Shown here: positions 50,986 to 63,892 of the stretch, piece by piece
How positions within the stretch are numbered: position 1 is the first letter of the stretch
Layout of the letters: every line of letters begins with the position of its first letter
NCBI GenBank assembly: GCA_025603075.1
Contig: MU626262.1
Coordinates: 124,001 to 188,000, forward strand
Length of the DNA stretch: 64,000 bases
Direction of reading: 5' to 3'
DNA from: Neoconidiobolus thromboides FSU 785
Taxonomy: Eukaryota; Fungi; Entomophthoromycota
Notes under the pieces: model-generated
The model's input: only the letters and a program-made list of their open reading frames with translations
What the model was told of the DNA's origin: nothing
Databases searched by the model: none
Translations under genes and position numbers: made by a program

Positions 50986-53423
50986 ATGAATGGTCATTCT
51001 ACTGTAAGAGATACAAAGGAACCGATTTTATTTGAGATATCTTGGGAAGTAGCAAATAAAGGTAATTATCTGATTAACAGCTTAAAACAGTTTAATAATA
51101 TGTATCTAGTTGGTGGTATTTATACTGTTATAAAAACAAAAGTACCTGTAACTGTAAAAGAGTATGGAGATCGCTATTGTTTAATAGGTCCTTTAAACCA
51201 ACGTATGGCAAACTTGGAGGTTGAAGAAATGGAACCACATAACGACCAAATGCGCCAAGCTATTCAAGGTCTTCAATCAAGAGGATTCAAAGTCAAGTTC
51301 GGTAGATGGCTTATTGAAGGTGCACCTTATGTTTTGTTATTTGATATCGGTTCTGCCTTTCATTATATGAATCAATGGAAGGGAGAGCTATGGTCTATTG
51401 CAGGTATTCCATCACCAGCTAATGATACAGAAACCAATGATGCTGTTGTCTTTGGTTATATGGTATCACAATTTCTTCAAGATGTAAGTATTATACCTTA
51501 TTTACTCTATTTAATAGTAATAGTTTAAATTTAGTTTGTAAATTTACAAAGAGAAAAAGCTATTATTGCTCATTTCCACGAATGGCAAGTTGGTGTTGGT
51601 TTAGTTCTCTGTTTAAAAAGAGAATTAGATTTAGCTACTATTTTTACTACCCACGCAACACTTTTGGGTCGTTATTTATGTGCTGGTGATGTCGATTTTT
51701 ATAATTGTCTTACTTCTGTTGATGTCGATCATGAAGCCGGTAAAAGAGGAATCTACCACCGTTATTGTTTAGAACGTGCAGCTGCTCATTGTGCTGACGT
51801 TTTTACCACAGTTTCACATATTACTGCATTTGAATCTGAACATCTATTGAAAAGAAAACCAGGTATTTTTGATACAGTTTTAAAACAACAACATTAACAT
51901 TTAATTTAGATGGTGTGGTACCAAATGGTCTCAATGTAGTTAAATTTAGGTAAATATAATTTCATGTAACTCTGGCACATATTAAACGTTTATTAGTGCT
52001 ATCCATGAATTCCAAAATCTTCATGCAAAAGCTAAAGAAAAGATTCATGACTTTATTCGTGGACATTTTTATGGACATTATGATTTTGACCTTGATAACA
52101 CAGTTTATCTTTTTACTGCTGGAAGATACGAATATCGTAATAAGGGAGTCGATATGTTTATCGAATCTTTAGCTCGTAGGCTTCTTATATTAATTTTTTT
52201 GTAAAATAGGCTAATTATTATAGGTCTTAATCATAGACTAAAAGAAAAGAACTCAGATATCACTGTCGTTGCATTTGTAATTATGCCAGCAAAGACTAAT
52301 TCTTTTACTGTTGAAACTCTTAAGGGACATGCTGTGGTAAAGCAACTTAAGGATACTGTAACTGAAATTCAAGATCGTATTGGTAAACGTATTTTTGAAC
52401 AAGCAGCTAGGTAATTAAATTATAAAGTCAACACATTCGTTATTAAATTAGTTTATTAGAGGTGTTGAACCAAGCGAAGAAGATTTACTCTCAGATCAAG
52501 AAAAAATATTGCTACGTAGACGTATTTTTGCTTTGAAAAGACACACACTTCCACCAGTAGTTACACATAATATGGAAGATGATCATAAGGATCCAGTTTT
52601 AAATCAAATCAGACGTTTATCTTTATTTAATTATCCCGCAGATCGCGTTAAAGTTGTTTTCCATCCTGAATTTTTAAACTCAAATAATCCAGTGCTTGCT
52701 TTGGATTATGAAGAGTTTGTAAGAGGATGTCATCTTGGTGTTTTCCCATCTTACTATGAACCTTGGTAAATATTATTAAAAGCAACTATTTAACAAAACA
52801 ATTAATTTATTTTTAGGGGATATACACCTGCAGAATGTACTGTAATGGGAGTACCAAGTATTACTACTAATTTATCTGGGTTTGGGTGCTTTATGGAAGA
52901 TAATATAGAAAATCCAAAAGATTACGGTATTTACATCGTTGATCGTCGTATGAAATCGGTTGATGAATCCATTGAGCAATTAACTGAGCATATGTTAGAT
53001 TTCTGTTTGAAATCAAGACGTCAACGTATCAATCAACGTAATCGTACCGAACGTTTATCTGACCTTTTAGACTGGAAACGAATGGGAGTAGAATATATGA
53101 AAGCTCGTCAACTTGCTCTCCGTCGAGTATATCCTAATGCATTTACTAACGATGAGGACGATTTTGTTGATGACAGTACTCATGTACCTAAAATTCCTAG
53201 ACCTCTTTCAGCACCTGGCTCACCTAAACCAAGAGGAGAAAAGAATGTACATGAATTCCCACTTACTATGGATAATCTTACGATATATGACTCAAATGGT
53301 CAAGGAATTCATGACGTACATTTCCGTGAGTATGATGAAGATGACGGTAGACCACCCATCCCTATCAAACTTAAATCACGTAATCCATCTGTAGAAGATC
53401 TTACTTTGCAAGGAAGATTTTAA
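50986..53423 (+). CDS. GSY: Glycogen synthase (GT3), 8 exons
   Basis: [61 protein letters not shown] motifs; C-terminal PLSAPGSP phospho-tail; 7 short GT-AG introns. Confidence 0.96.
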
Positions 53424-53948
53424 ATTGAACTAAGAGATAATTTAAATTAAGAATCAATTTTACTATATAATGATCTATTTTTTAAAGAGTTTGTAAGTTG
53501 CTATTCTAACACTAAATAAAATTACACTATTTTTTGAAGTTGGGAATCATTTTTAAAGTTTATTATTGTATTATACAAAGCATGTATTAATTCATATAGT
53601 AGAAATTTTATAGTTATTGTGTGTATTACTCATACGGATCATCCATGATATAATTTAATATTATGTTTTGATTAAATTCAAGTGGCAATAGTTAAAAAAA
53701 AAAATCGAAGTTAGCTATTAAAACAGCCAATTTACTTTTAGTATGATATAATAATTCTTAAACACAATAAATAAGAACCTCATAGTTAAAAAATAATGAG
53801 AAACAAATTGAACTAGCTTACAAAAATGATCTCATAGCTCACTTTTAAAATTGCAAAAAAATTACTCCACAAAAACTCGAACAAATAATAAATTACAAAA
53901 TGTATCAACTTAACTTTCAATTTTAAACAACATTAATTTACACAAAAA

Positions 53949-54379
53949 ATGGTAACCATAGGCGTATTAGAGATCACCGCTGTTTCGGGAAGAAATTTGA
54001 AGAATTGTGAAACGTTTAGTAAGCAGGATCCTTACTTAACTTACAAATTAGGTGAGAGTAAAGCACGTACTAAAACAGTTAGAAATGGTGGAACAAATCC
54101 ACAATTTGATGATACAGTTAGTTTAAAAGTAGATAACAATGGTGGTTTAAAGTTAAGGGTTCGAGCATACGATGATGATCTTATTGGTAAAGATACTATT
54201 GGAGAAGCTATTATTGATATTACTAAGGCAATCCAGCAAGGAGATTTTGACGGTAAGTTTAGTTAATAGTGAGATTAGATAGTCATTTTAATGTAGTTTA
54301 ATTAGCTTGGTTTCCAATCTATAACCAAAATAAGGTATCTGGAGAACTTTATTTAGAACTCACGTTTAAAAGGCATTAA
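53949..54379 (+). CDS. Stand-alone C2-domain protein (~125 aa, 2 exons)
   Basis: Exons 53949-54252 and 54306-54379 (378 nt); KQDPY, NPQFDD, YDDDLIGKDTIG and final WF...GELYLEL strands. Confidence 0.85.
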
Positions 54380-54456
54380 CTAATTATAAATAATAAATAA
54401 TTAAAACTTAATCTTATTAAAGTGTATTAAAACTCTAATTATTTTTTATTTAAAAA

Positions 54457-55878
54457 TTAAAACATTGATTTTAATAAAAAGGAAGCAACTGCTCCAGCTA
54501 ATGCTGATCCAATCGAAAGATACATTTGCTCTGTCGTTAAGTTGAACGTATTATTAGTTGATTTATTTGTATTAATATTATTGTCCATTATTTTTTGTTC
54601 ATTCAATAAATCTGATACCAATTGAGCTAATTCCTGTTCGTAGCTCTTCTCAGTCTTATCTTGATTACTGTAATTTAATAAATGGTTTTGTATCGATTCA
54701 ATTTTCGGTGCTAATGATCTATAATCTTCTTTTTGTTGCTGAATCTGTTCAACCAATGGAGCTATCATTGAATTTATGTTTTCCTTTTCATTTTCCCATT
54801 GTTTACTAAACTTTTCATTTACTTTATTGACCAACTTTTCCCTTTTTCTAGGTTCAAAGATGGTATGAACGGATATAAACAAAAGCATATTAATAATAAT
54901 TAACGCCAATGTCCAATAAGTTGATACACCTCGGATTTTATCACTCCATAACTGTTCTTCATGATAACGAGTACGGATATCCGACACCAACTTAGCATAC
55001 AGCTGTTCCACTTTTTCTTCATTTTCTTTGCAATCCAGCTTTAGCTGAGATTCGAGACTTTCATTATTATGCTCTTCTCTATAAAGTTGAGTAAACTGAG
55101 TGACATCTTTATCATTCCATAAATGTTTTCTCTGTAAAAGTTCATTGATATCTCGTTGTCCCATAGCTCTCTTTTCTACTTGCTGTTGATAGCTCTCTTT
55201 AGATTGTCTTAAACTTAGCCTTGCCTCTTCAAACTGTTTTGCTGTAGTTTCAATCATTAGTTTTAATTTCTCAATTTCAGCATAACCAGTAGCATCATTA
55301 ATTGCTTTTGAGGTCGAACTTAGAAATTGTTTTGGGTCTTCAGCCACCTTTTTCCACTCTATCTTTTTGAACGGCTCAAGTTTAGATTTAACACTTTTAT
55401 TTATTTTAATCATGTTTTGTATTAATTGTTCATAAATTTTTTTAGTGTCTATGTTGTATTTGTTTCCCTCGGTTGACTCATTAACTTTCTTTTCATTTAT
55501 TATAGGGAGATCTTTAATATGACTGTTGAGTTCATTTGGAATAGGATCATTTAAAAATACTTTATTTGAATTTAAATCAATCAGAACTTCCTCCCTTTCA
55601 TTTGTATTTTTCTCATTTGTTTTGGATGATCCTTCAGATGTATCTTTCTTATTTTCGCCATCCTTGATTTTTTCTTTTTCTTTTACATTATCCCTTAATA
55701 TAGTTTCCAAATCCTTACCTTGAAAAAACGAGGATGCACCCAGATCCCTCCTCTTGCCATCTTGTTCAAATACTGTGTCTCTAGTTGAAAAACTTTTATA
55801 TAAGTGTCTTAAACTGATGCCTCTTATACAGCTACTCGTTATGTTACTTTGGAATCTTATCAATTTAGTTTTGATCAT
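54457..55878 (-). CDS. SHE9: Mitochondrial inner-membrane She9/Mdm33 protein, intronless
   Basis: 473 aa; TGYAEIEKLK, QRDINELLQRKHLW, LYREEH, YHEEQLWSDKIR..ST, TM segment, EP.KR, C-terminal TM. Confidence 0.92.
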   Translation of the reverse strand: MIKTKLIRFQSNITSSCIRGISLRHLYKSFSTRDTVFEQDGKRRDLGASSFFQGKDLETILRDNVKEKEKIKDGENKKDTSEGSSKTNEKNTNEREEVLIDLNSNKVFLNDPIPNELNSHIKDLPIINEKKVNESTEGNKYNIDTKKIYEQLIQNMIKINKSVKSKLEPFKKIEWKKVAEDPKQFLSSTSKAINDATGYAEIEKLKLMIETTAKQFEEARLSLRQSKESYQQQVEKRAMGQRDINELLQRKHLWNDKDVTQFTQLYREEHNNESLESQLKLDCKENEEKVEQLYAKLVSDIRTRYHEEQLWSDKIRGVSTYWTLALIIINMLLFISVHTIFEPRKREKLVNKVNEKFSKQWENEKENINSMIAPLVEQIQQQKEDYRSLAPKIESIQNHLLNYSNQDKTEKSYEQELAQLVSDLLNEQKIMDNNINTNKSTNNTFNLTTEQMYLSIGSALAGAVASFLLKSMF

Positions 55879-56387
55879 TCTTTAATTTTAAACAATTCAA
55901 CTCAATTCAATTGCTATTGTCATTGGCTATGGCCCGAAAATTGAAATTCCTCGAATCTAATTTTGCAACTATTGGGGTTCAATTAAAGTTCCAGACTTTT
56001 GCAGCAATTGACTGATGATAGTATGAAAAAATAATCCAATCTATTGATTGATATGACTGAAACAAAATCATTGTAATAAAATATAGAGTCAACAGAGACA
56101 TCATTTAGAATTTATACTCATTTTATTAAAAACGGTCTTTTTATAAGTATATTATTATATAGATGAGAATGTTTTCTATTAAGGATTTGGCTAGAAATTT
56201 TAAACTGGATTGATTGAACAAAAAGTGAATCGAATGGAATACTGGAATATGTAAGATAGCCTTAAAAACTTTGAATTTTCTGCCAAATAAATATATTTTA
56301 GAAGGCAATTTAATTGGTTAAATAATTTTAAAAGAATATAAAAAAATTTATTCGAAGTAAAATTTTTACTTTTAATTTCTAGATAAA

Positions 56388-57805
56388 ATGTCATCTGAAT
56401 TTTTTGGTAAGTATCTAATTAAAATTCATAATATTTATCATTTAATATCTTATCCTAGGTGTTCAAATAAAGCCAAACAAGAAGTACACTAATGAACCAA
56501 GTTGGCCACTTGTTTTAACTATGGTAATTTTGAATTCTTTATTTTTAAACTTTAATTAAAAACAAATTAGGCCTCCTTTGGTCAAACTGTTGAAAAGGAT
56601 AGTCGTACTTGTGTAATCTTAAAAGTTGGGGAACATGAATTTACTATCTGTGTTTTAAAAGAAAACTCGGTTAGTTTAATAGTTTGTTATTTTTACGTAA
56701 TAGTAACCAGATATAGGCTGAAAGTCAACCAATGGAAGTACTCATTCCAAGTGATAAAGAGTTCTCATTACGTGTTTCTGGGCCAAAGTAACTTATTTTT
56801 AGTTCAAAATAATTACTAAGCTAAATTTTAAATAGTGAAGTTCATTTGACTGGTCATTATTTAGTTGATGAAGGTAATCCAGAAGAGGATGATGAGGATG
56901 AATATCCAAATTTCCTTGATATGGATCTCGATGAAGATGAAGAAAGTGAAGATGATGATTTCATGATCGACGACCTCTCTGAAGAAGAAGAAGAAAATAA
57001 TGAAGTTGGTTTTGTTGAAGGTAATTAGTATTTAGTTTAGCTTACTTATGTAAACAATTTATTTAGAAATTGTTGAGGAAGTAAAAGAAGAAAAGAAAGA
57101 ACCTCTTACTAATGCCCAAAAAAGAAAATTAAAGAAACAAAACGCTGCTAATGCTGTAGAAGCTGAAAAAGGTAGTTATTTATTAATAAGTGTTTATGTG
57201 AATCTAAACATTTTTGTATTAGCTAATGGAAAACGTAAGTCTGAAGAAGCTCCAGTCGCTGAAAGTAAAAAGAAAGAAAAGAAAGTAGCTGCTAAAGAAA
57301 CTCAGCTTAAGGAAGAGCCAAAAAAGAAGCAAGCTGCTAAAAAAGAAGAACCAAAAAAAGAGTCCAACGTAATCAATATATATATGTATTTTTAAAACAC
57401 AATAATATCTTTAGATTAAAAAATTACCCAATGGATTAGTTATAGAAGATAGAGTAATTGGAGATGGAGCTGAAGCTAAAAGTGGACAAAGAGTCAGCGT
57501 TCGTTATGTTGGAAAACTTACTTCTGGAAAGGTCTTTGATAGCAATAATACTGGAAAACCATTCCAATTCCGTTTAGGAGCTGGTGAAGTTATCAAAGGA
57601 TGGGATCAAGGTGTTGTTGGTATGAAAGTCAATGGTCAACGTAAATTGACTATTCCAGCTGCTCTTGCGTAAGTTTATGAAACTGTAAAAATTTTAATAC
57701 TAACTTTTACTTAGTTATGGTAAACGTGGTGCTCCACCAGATATTCCAGGAAATGCTACCCTTGAATTTGAAATTAAACTTCTTGATTCTAAAAAGAAAC
57801 ATTAA
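56388..57805 (+). CDS. FPR4: Nucleolar FKBP histone chaperone (nucleoplasmin-like + acidic + basic + FKBP), many short exons
   Basis: ATG 56388 MSSEFFG (19-bp first exon); VHLTGHY, D/E tract, K-rich linker, [45 protein letters not shown]. Confidence 0.92.
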
Positions 57806-58566
57806 ATTCAAGGCAGTTTGATGAAGTGAATACTACACAAAAGGTTACATTACATTGCTATTATAACCTTGCTTTTTGTAATCATGAATTAAACAAGTAT
57901 AGATAGAATTTTTTGTTTTAATTTTTTGTCTTATTCTTTTTCTAGTTTATATTGCTATATGATTGTGACTTTCTTTAATTATTTGGAAGAAATTTTAGTA
58001 TAGAAAGTAACCTAAAATGGATCATCTGGATATGAAAGTGACTTGATTTAAATGAAAGCTGTAACTAATAGCTTATGATTAATTACCTTAATCAAAGTCC
58101 TTTGTGAATTAATATCAAACTCAACATACAAAAACTAGTAAAATTTCAAAAATGTTAACAAAAAGATGAGTTTTATTTAAGCATTCTATCCTGGCTTATT
58201 AATCTACCATTTATCATGATACAGCTTTATAACTCTTTTGAAGCCTAATTAACTGCCCTTTTAAAATATAAATTTATGCTACAGTTCAGCTAAAATATTG
58301 ATCAATTATAAAAAATTAGTGATAGCAATTTTATTATAAAAACTATCGCTAAAAAGATCGCAAAAGGGTTGTAATAGTTGTACAACAACAAAAAGCAATT
58401 ATCTAAAAATAGCACTAATTAAAATAGCAAATAAAAACCCTTAGTAAAAAGGCTTTAATGACCACAAAAAGAATAAGCCAATAAAACCATTAAGTTACTC
58501 AACTCGAGATTAAATGGATCAATAAATTAATTTTTTTTAATTCCTAATAAATAAATAATTAAAAAA

Positions 58567-59160
58567 ATGAACATCATTCTAATCGTATTAATTATACTAC
58601 TACAATTAATTAATCTAGCCACACAGCAATCAATACCACGTCCATTACCTATGGAATGTTATCAAGGTGGGCAGCAACAGTTTCCATGTAAAAGACCAGG
58701 GAATCCAAGATGTCCACCATGTTGGGTAAAAGCAAAAAATACCTTCAATTGTTTTGCTTATTTGCCAAATTCAAACAAATGTCCTGATAATTTAGGTGAA
58801 GATGTATCAGCAGATTTAGATAAAGATATAACTGATAATTCGGATCAACAGACAGATCCTAAGCCTACCTCTTTACCAACTGGGAAAGAAGATAAACCAA
58901 ACGCAACAAAATCGAAGGATAATAGTAATAATGGTAGTAATAATAATAATAATAATAATAATGGTAGCAATAGTAAGGACCAGTTTGATACATTGACAGT
59001 AATTACTTTGATAGATACTTCAATTTCTTCTGAGAATAAAATATATACAAAAGCTTATGTTGCAGTTAAAACTATAACCATTAGCAAGGCTTCGGTCTTG
59101 TCGATTGAGTATTTCGGTTATTGTTTAGTTTTTATGATGTTTTTTTTAAGTCTGGTTTAA
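58567..59160 (+). CDS. Small secreted Cys-rich protein with low-complexity stalk and hydrophobic C-terminus (putative GPI anchor)
   Basis: 197-aa ORF: signal peptide, six-Cys domain (CYQ..FPCKRPGNPRCPPCW..CFAY..KCP), D/K/N/T-rich linker with (AAT)n, C-terminal YFGYCLVFMMFFLSLV. Confidence 0.8.
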   Translation: MNIILIVLIILLQLINLATQQSIPRPLPMECYQGGQQQFPCKRPGNPRCPPCWVKAKNTFNCFAYLPNSNKCPDNLGEDVSADLDKDITDNSDQQTDPKPTSLPTGKEDKPNATKSKDNSNNGSNNNNNNNNGSNSKDQFDTLTVITLIDTSISSENKIYTKAYVAVKTITISKASVLSIEYFGYCLVFMMFFLSLV

Positions 59161-59906
59161 TCAAGATGGGAGCCTTTTGTAAAGAGTTTTTTTTATTAAT
59201 AAAAAGATGAACTTATTATTTAATATATCAATTTTAAATGTTTACATAGTATGATTTTGATATACAATTATTACATTTAGAAATCATCATAATTTTGATT
59301 TTATATATATATTGAGTTATTTTTAAATAATATCAACATCATATGAATATAAGTTTATCAATCTGATATAGTGTTAAGCAAAATATAAAACCGATTAATA
59401 ATATTCATTTTGGTGTTTATAATGAAAAACTAAAGAACGCCAAGATATTAGATAGGATCTAAAGAATTATTTTTTATGAAATAGCTTAGAGCCATGGATA
59501 TTTACGTTCAAATATGACCTATGTGGAAATAATTTTTATAATCAATAAATTACATTTTTGAGTTAATTTGAAGGTTAGTACTCAGTTTTTTATTTCCAAA
59601 TGAGTAGTGAATTAGCACACATTCTAACTTAAATAGTTGTATTGTTCCAAACTTTTCTTTTTAAGGGAAAATAAATAACCCCGCCCTGAATGAAAGAAAA
59701 TTACTTGAATTCTTCAAAAATATTATTGGATCAAAATAAATGTAGACTTCTGATTTTAGAATCTGATTGGTGTTTAAAAATAAAATAGCTATTAATCCTC
59801 AGTTATTTAATGTTAAGAATTAAAGTGATATCTTATTAATTAATATTTAAAGAGTTTTTTTAATATATTAGAGTTTTAATTATTTTTTGTTTTATTTTAA
59901 TTTTAA

Positions 59907-62647
59907 ATGTTTATTAAATTTTATTTAATCTATTTAATAGTTAATATTATATCAACCTTAGGTAATTACGATATTGAGACTTTATATCAAGTGATTAATC
60001 TTTTTTAGCTCATTCTCTTCAAGAACCTGAAGGAATAATAAAATATTATGAATACATGGAACCTAAAGTTCGGTTGCTTCCAAGTATTGAGCAATTAAAT
60101 AAATTACAAAGAAGAGACCAAATAGTTTTAAATGATAAATTGAAGCATGACTCACGATTATCATTGAGTATTAGCGCTTATAATAAAACGTTTAAAATCT
60201 ATTTAGAACCAAGTACGGAGTTAATTCATAAAAAAGCAAAGATGGTGGAGTTAATAGATGGTCAAAAACAAAGTTCAAAATTAGATGAAAAGGATTTTTT
60301 AATTTATAAAGGTTTGGTGATCAATGAAGAGAGTAAAGAGATGAAGAATTTGGATCATGAATGGTTAGCTTTAGAATATGAACCAGAACATAAAACGGGT
60401 TGGGCTAGTATTATGATTCATGAAGATGAGTAAGATCTATTAGATGGCTACCTTAAATATTTATTTACCATTTATAGAAATGAAGGATTGAGTTATCAAG
60501 GAGTATTTACATACCAAGATGAGTTATATAATATAAAACCAATAAAACAATTTAATGATCAAAGAAAAAAAGAAGATGCCGTTATACCAAATTCAAATGT
60601 AAGAAGTTATAAACATTCAAAAGCAAATAGTGTCATTTATCTTTCAACTTCAATCAATAATAACAATGAAAATGGAGTAAAATATTCTTGTGGTACCAAT
60701 AAAAATCATGATGTATTTTTAAGCAAAAAAAATACCGTTCATTCTTGGTTATCAAATTCCAAACTGTGGAGAAGAGATTCTGGTTCAAATTATGGCTGTG
60801 ACATGAAGAAACGCGTGTTATATATGGGTGTCGCAGCTGATTGTAACTACATAGCTAAGTACAAAACTCCAGAAAACGCCAAAAAACAAATTATTCATGA
60901 ATGGAATACGGTATCTCAATTATATGAAAGGAATTTCAATATAAAAATAGGAATTATAAAAATTGAAGCTAATTCTGATTCTTGTCCAAGTTCACCAAGT
61001 TCAGATACTCCATGGAATAGAAAATGTGATACTGGTTATACTATGGAAAACAGATTAGGTGATTTCTCCAGTTGGAGAGATAAGAAAGGTAGAGATGATA
61101 CTGGCCTTTGGCATCTTATGACCGATTGCAAGTAAGTTGATTTGTTCATAAAACTTCAATTTTTATTCATTTTTAATTAGATCAGGTCCACAAGTTGGTT
61201 TAGCTTACCTTGGTACTTTATGCGCTTCTTCAAGAGGGGATGCTAGAGGTAGTGTTAAAAGTCTAAGCATTTTATTTATATTAACTTTGTTATAAAGGAG
61301 GCTTGCAAGGAGACACAGGAACCGGAGTATCTTCAGTAACAGAGGAAACATGGAAAGTAGTAGCTCATGAAATTGGGCATAATTTTGGTGCTCAACATGA
61401 TTGTACTTCAAGCGATTGTCCATGTTCTGGAAGATCATGTTCAGGCTGTTGTCCTTGTGATGGGGATTGTGATTGTAAAGGGAAATATTTAATGAATCCA
61501 TCAAGTACACCAAAAAGTCTTGATTTTAGGTAATTCATTTTTTAATTGAAATTTTTAATTTTATTTTATAAATTTCTATTTTTTAGTCCTTGTTCACTTA
61601 GATCAATGTGCTCCACCATTTCATCTTCTGGTTCATGTCTCTCTTCATCTGGTTCTATACCCACTTATTCCGAAGCAATGTGTGGTAACGGTATTCGTGA
61701 AAAGGGAGAAGATTGTGATTGTGGTGGTGAAGCAGGTTGTAAAGATAATCAATGTTGTGACCCTAAAACTTGTAAATTTAAAAATGGGGCACAATGCGAG
61801 TAAGTTTATTATTAAATAACAAAATAAAATTTTAAATTAACAATAATAGTGATCAAAATGATGCTTGCTGTAATGGTTGCAAAGTCAAATCTTCTGGTGT
61901 AGTCTGCCGTAAAAAAGCAGGAGAATGTGACCTTGAAGAAGTGTGTGATGGAAAAAGTGGAGAATGTCCAAAAGATATCTTTTTAGATAATGGTACACCA
62001 TGTAATTCAACAAGTGGTGATTTAAAATGCGCCAATGGATTATGTACTTCTAGAGATGCTCAATGTAAATCTAGATCTCAGGGTACTAATGTACTATTAA
62101 GTAAAGCATGTTCAAATTTCAATAACGCTCCTTGTAAATTGACTTGTGCTTCAGAAGATTCTCTGTTAACATGCTATAGCATGGCGGGTGATTTCGCTGA
62201 TGGTACCCAATGTGGTAATAATCAATTTTGTGATAAAGGGAAATGTGTTGGTGGTAACTTTTGTAAGTTTTGTATTATTTTAATTCAGTTTAGCTAATTT
62301 TGTTTATAGTTGATACCATACTTACCTGGTTTCAAAATAATAAAATCATAGCGATTGTTGTTGGCGTTGGACTTGGTTTAATATTATTATCTTGTTTATG
62401 CTCTTGTATATGTCGTGGGAAAAGAGCTTACAAGACTAGAATTACATCACAGCCACCGACCCCCTATCCTGGTGCTTACAATAATAATAATAGCTATCCA
62501 TTAAATGGTATGAATCCACCTGCCAATTATATAGATCCTACGGCCTATAATGGCCCTGCACCGGCTTATTTCCCCCCTCCACCTCAAAGTCAACCACCAA
62601 TAGGGCCCGGTGGTTTTGCTTATAATGCAAACCGTCCACCTCATTAA
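59907..62647 (+). CDS. ADAM-family membrane metalloprotease (pro, M12B, disintegrin, Cys-rich, TM, Pro-rich tail), multi-exon
   Basis: ATG 59907 gives signal peptide MFIKFYLIYLIVNIISTLA (intron 59962-60008); SCG cysteine switch, WRRD processing site, HEIGHNFGAQH zinc motif, YLMNP Met-turn, CGNGIREKGEDCDCG disintegrin, TM IIAIVVGVGLGLILL. Confidence 0.93.
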
Positions 62648-62869
62648 ATGGTAGTTGGGTCACTTTTTTGTTTATAATGGTAAATGTTGTTGTTTTGTTT
62701 TTATAGGCTAAGTTTTAATAAAAAATTAGTATAAAATAAATAATCAAGAATAATGTATAATTTGAGTAAAAGTAAATTTATCTAAAATGGTATGTAACTA
62801 ACAAGTGTTATAAATTTTTAAATTTGAGGTATTGAGAATTTTAACTTTAAGTTGACAAGTATATTAAAC

Positions 62870-62974
62870 ATATGAGAGTGTTTTTTGGCTTCATTACTTT
62901 TTCCATCTTTTAAGCGCTATTTGGGTGGAAAAATTGTTAGTAAAATTCTTAAATACAAGAATACATCTCCGTAT
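62870..62974 (+). mobile_element. ~105-bp palindromic MITE-like repeat, copy 11
   Basis: ATATGAGAGTG...TTTTTCCATCTTTTAAGCGCTATTTGGGTGGAAAAA...CATCTCCGTAT. Confidence 0.9.
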
Positions 62975-63199
62975 TATTTTTTACATTCATACTTTTGAAA
63001 GAATTTGTTCAAACGTTTTTAATACAATTATTTTCATTGAGCTATAATAAAATTGGTCACATTCTAATAAATCTTTGAACAAATCTTATCTTTAGTGTAA
63101 CTTCAAGTATCACTAATTGAGTTCTATATTTTTTGTCAAGTTTTATATAATATTGCTTACTATAAGACTTTATCAAATTATAAATTGAAAATAACAATG

Positions 63200-63305
63200 A
63201 TATGGGGATGGATTTCTGTATTTAAGAATTTTACTAACAATTTTTCCACCCAAATAGCGCTTAAAAGATGGAAAAAATAATGAAGCCAAAAAAACAACCC
63301 CATAT
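63200..63305 (-). mobile_element. ~105-bp palindromic MITE-like repeat, copy 12
   Basis: ATATGGGGATG...TTTTTCCACCCAAATAGCGCTTAAAAGATGGAAAAA...CAACCCCATAT. Confidence 0.9.
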
Positions 63306-63788
63306 AATATAGTGGCGAAAAATTAGTCTGTACTTTTATTAAAAAATTAAAAAATTAAAAAATGTATAAATTAATGAAAGTCAATAAAAAATAGTTTGTA
63401 TTTAATTATATTTAAGTTTCTTATTAATTGTGTTGAAAAAATTGAACATTATATTTAAGGAATGTTAAGATTTATTTCCCAATAATTTACAAGATTTATA
63501 TTTACATAAATTCAATGTATTGAAATAAAACAAATAACAGTGCTGTATAGCCCAAATCTGAATTAATTTTTCCTTTAAAAAAATACAATATTATATGAAT
63601 CTTTTTATATTTACCTTATTATTTATAATGGTGAAAAAAAGGCAGTTTTCCTAAATACTTCCCTTACGCAAATATTGAATAGTTTTCATATAAGTTTAAA
63701 AGCCCAGTTAAAAATAAGACAAAAACTTTCCAATTTCACTTCTTAGATCATTTTCTGTAGCGTAAAATTTCGAAAAAAATATTAAATA

Positions 63789-63892
63789 AATAGGGATGCT
63801 TTTTTGATTTCGTTACTTTGCCATTTTTTAAGTGTTATTCGAGCGGAAAGGTTGTTACTGAAATTCCTAAATAAAAAAACATATTCCCAGAT
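63789..63892 (+). mobile_element. ~105-bp palindromic MITE-like repeat, copy 13 (diverged)
   Basis: AATAGGGATG...TTTTTAAGTGTTATTCGAGCGGAAAGG...CATATTCCCAGAT; a reversed left-end fragment (CAAAAAAAACACCC) follows near 63899. Confidence 0.75.

Noticed and set aside
56200-56394. Short AT-rich ORFs in intergenic DNA (also 37449, 37818, 45719, 49901, 61853)
   Set aside because: Composition matches non-coding or antisense DNA; no motifs or splice support.
62870-63305. Copies 11 and 12 as the long TIRs of one 436-bp transposon
   Set aside because: The spacer shows no visible homology to the spacer after copy 1, pair 2/3 has the opposite polarity, and most copies are solitary. Kept only as a local-pairing observation.
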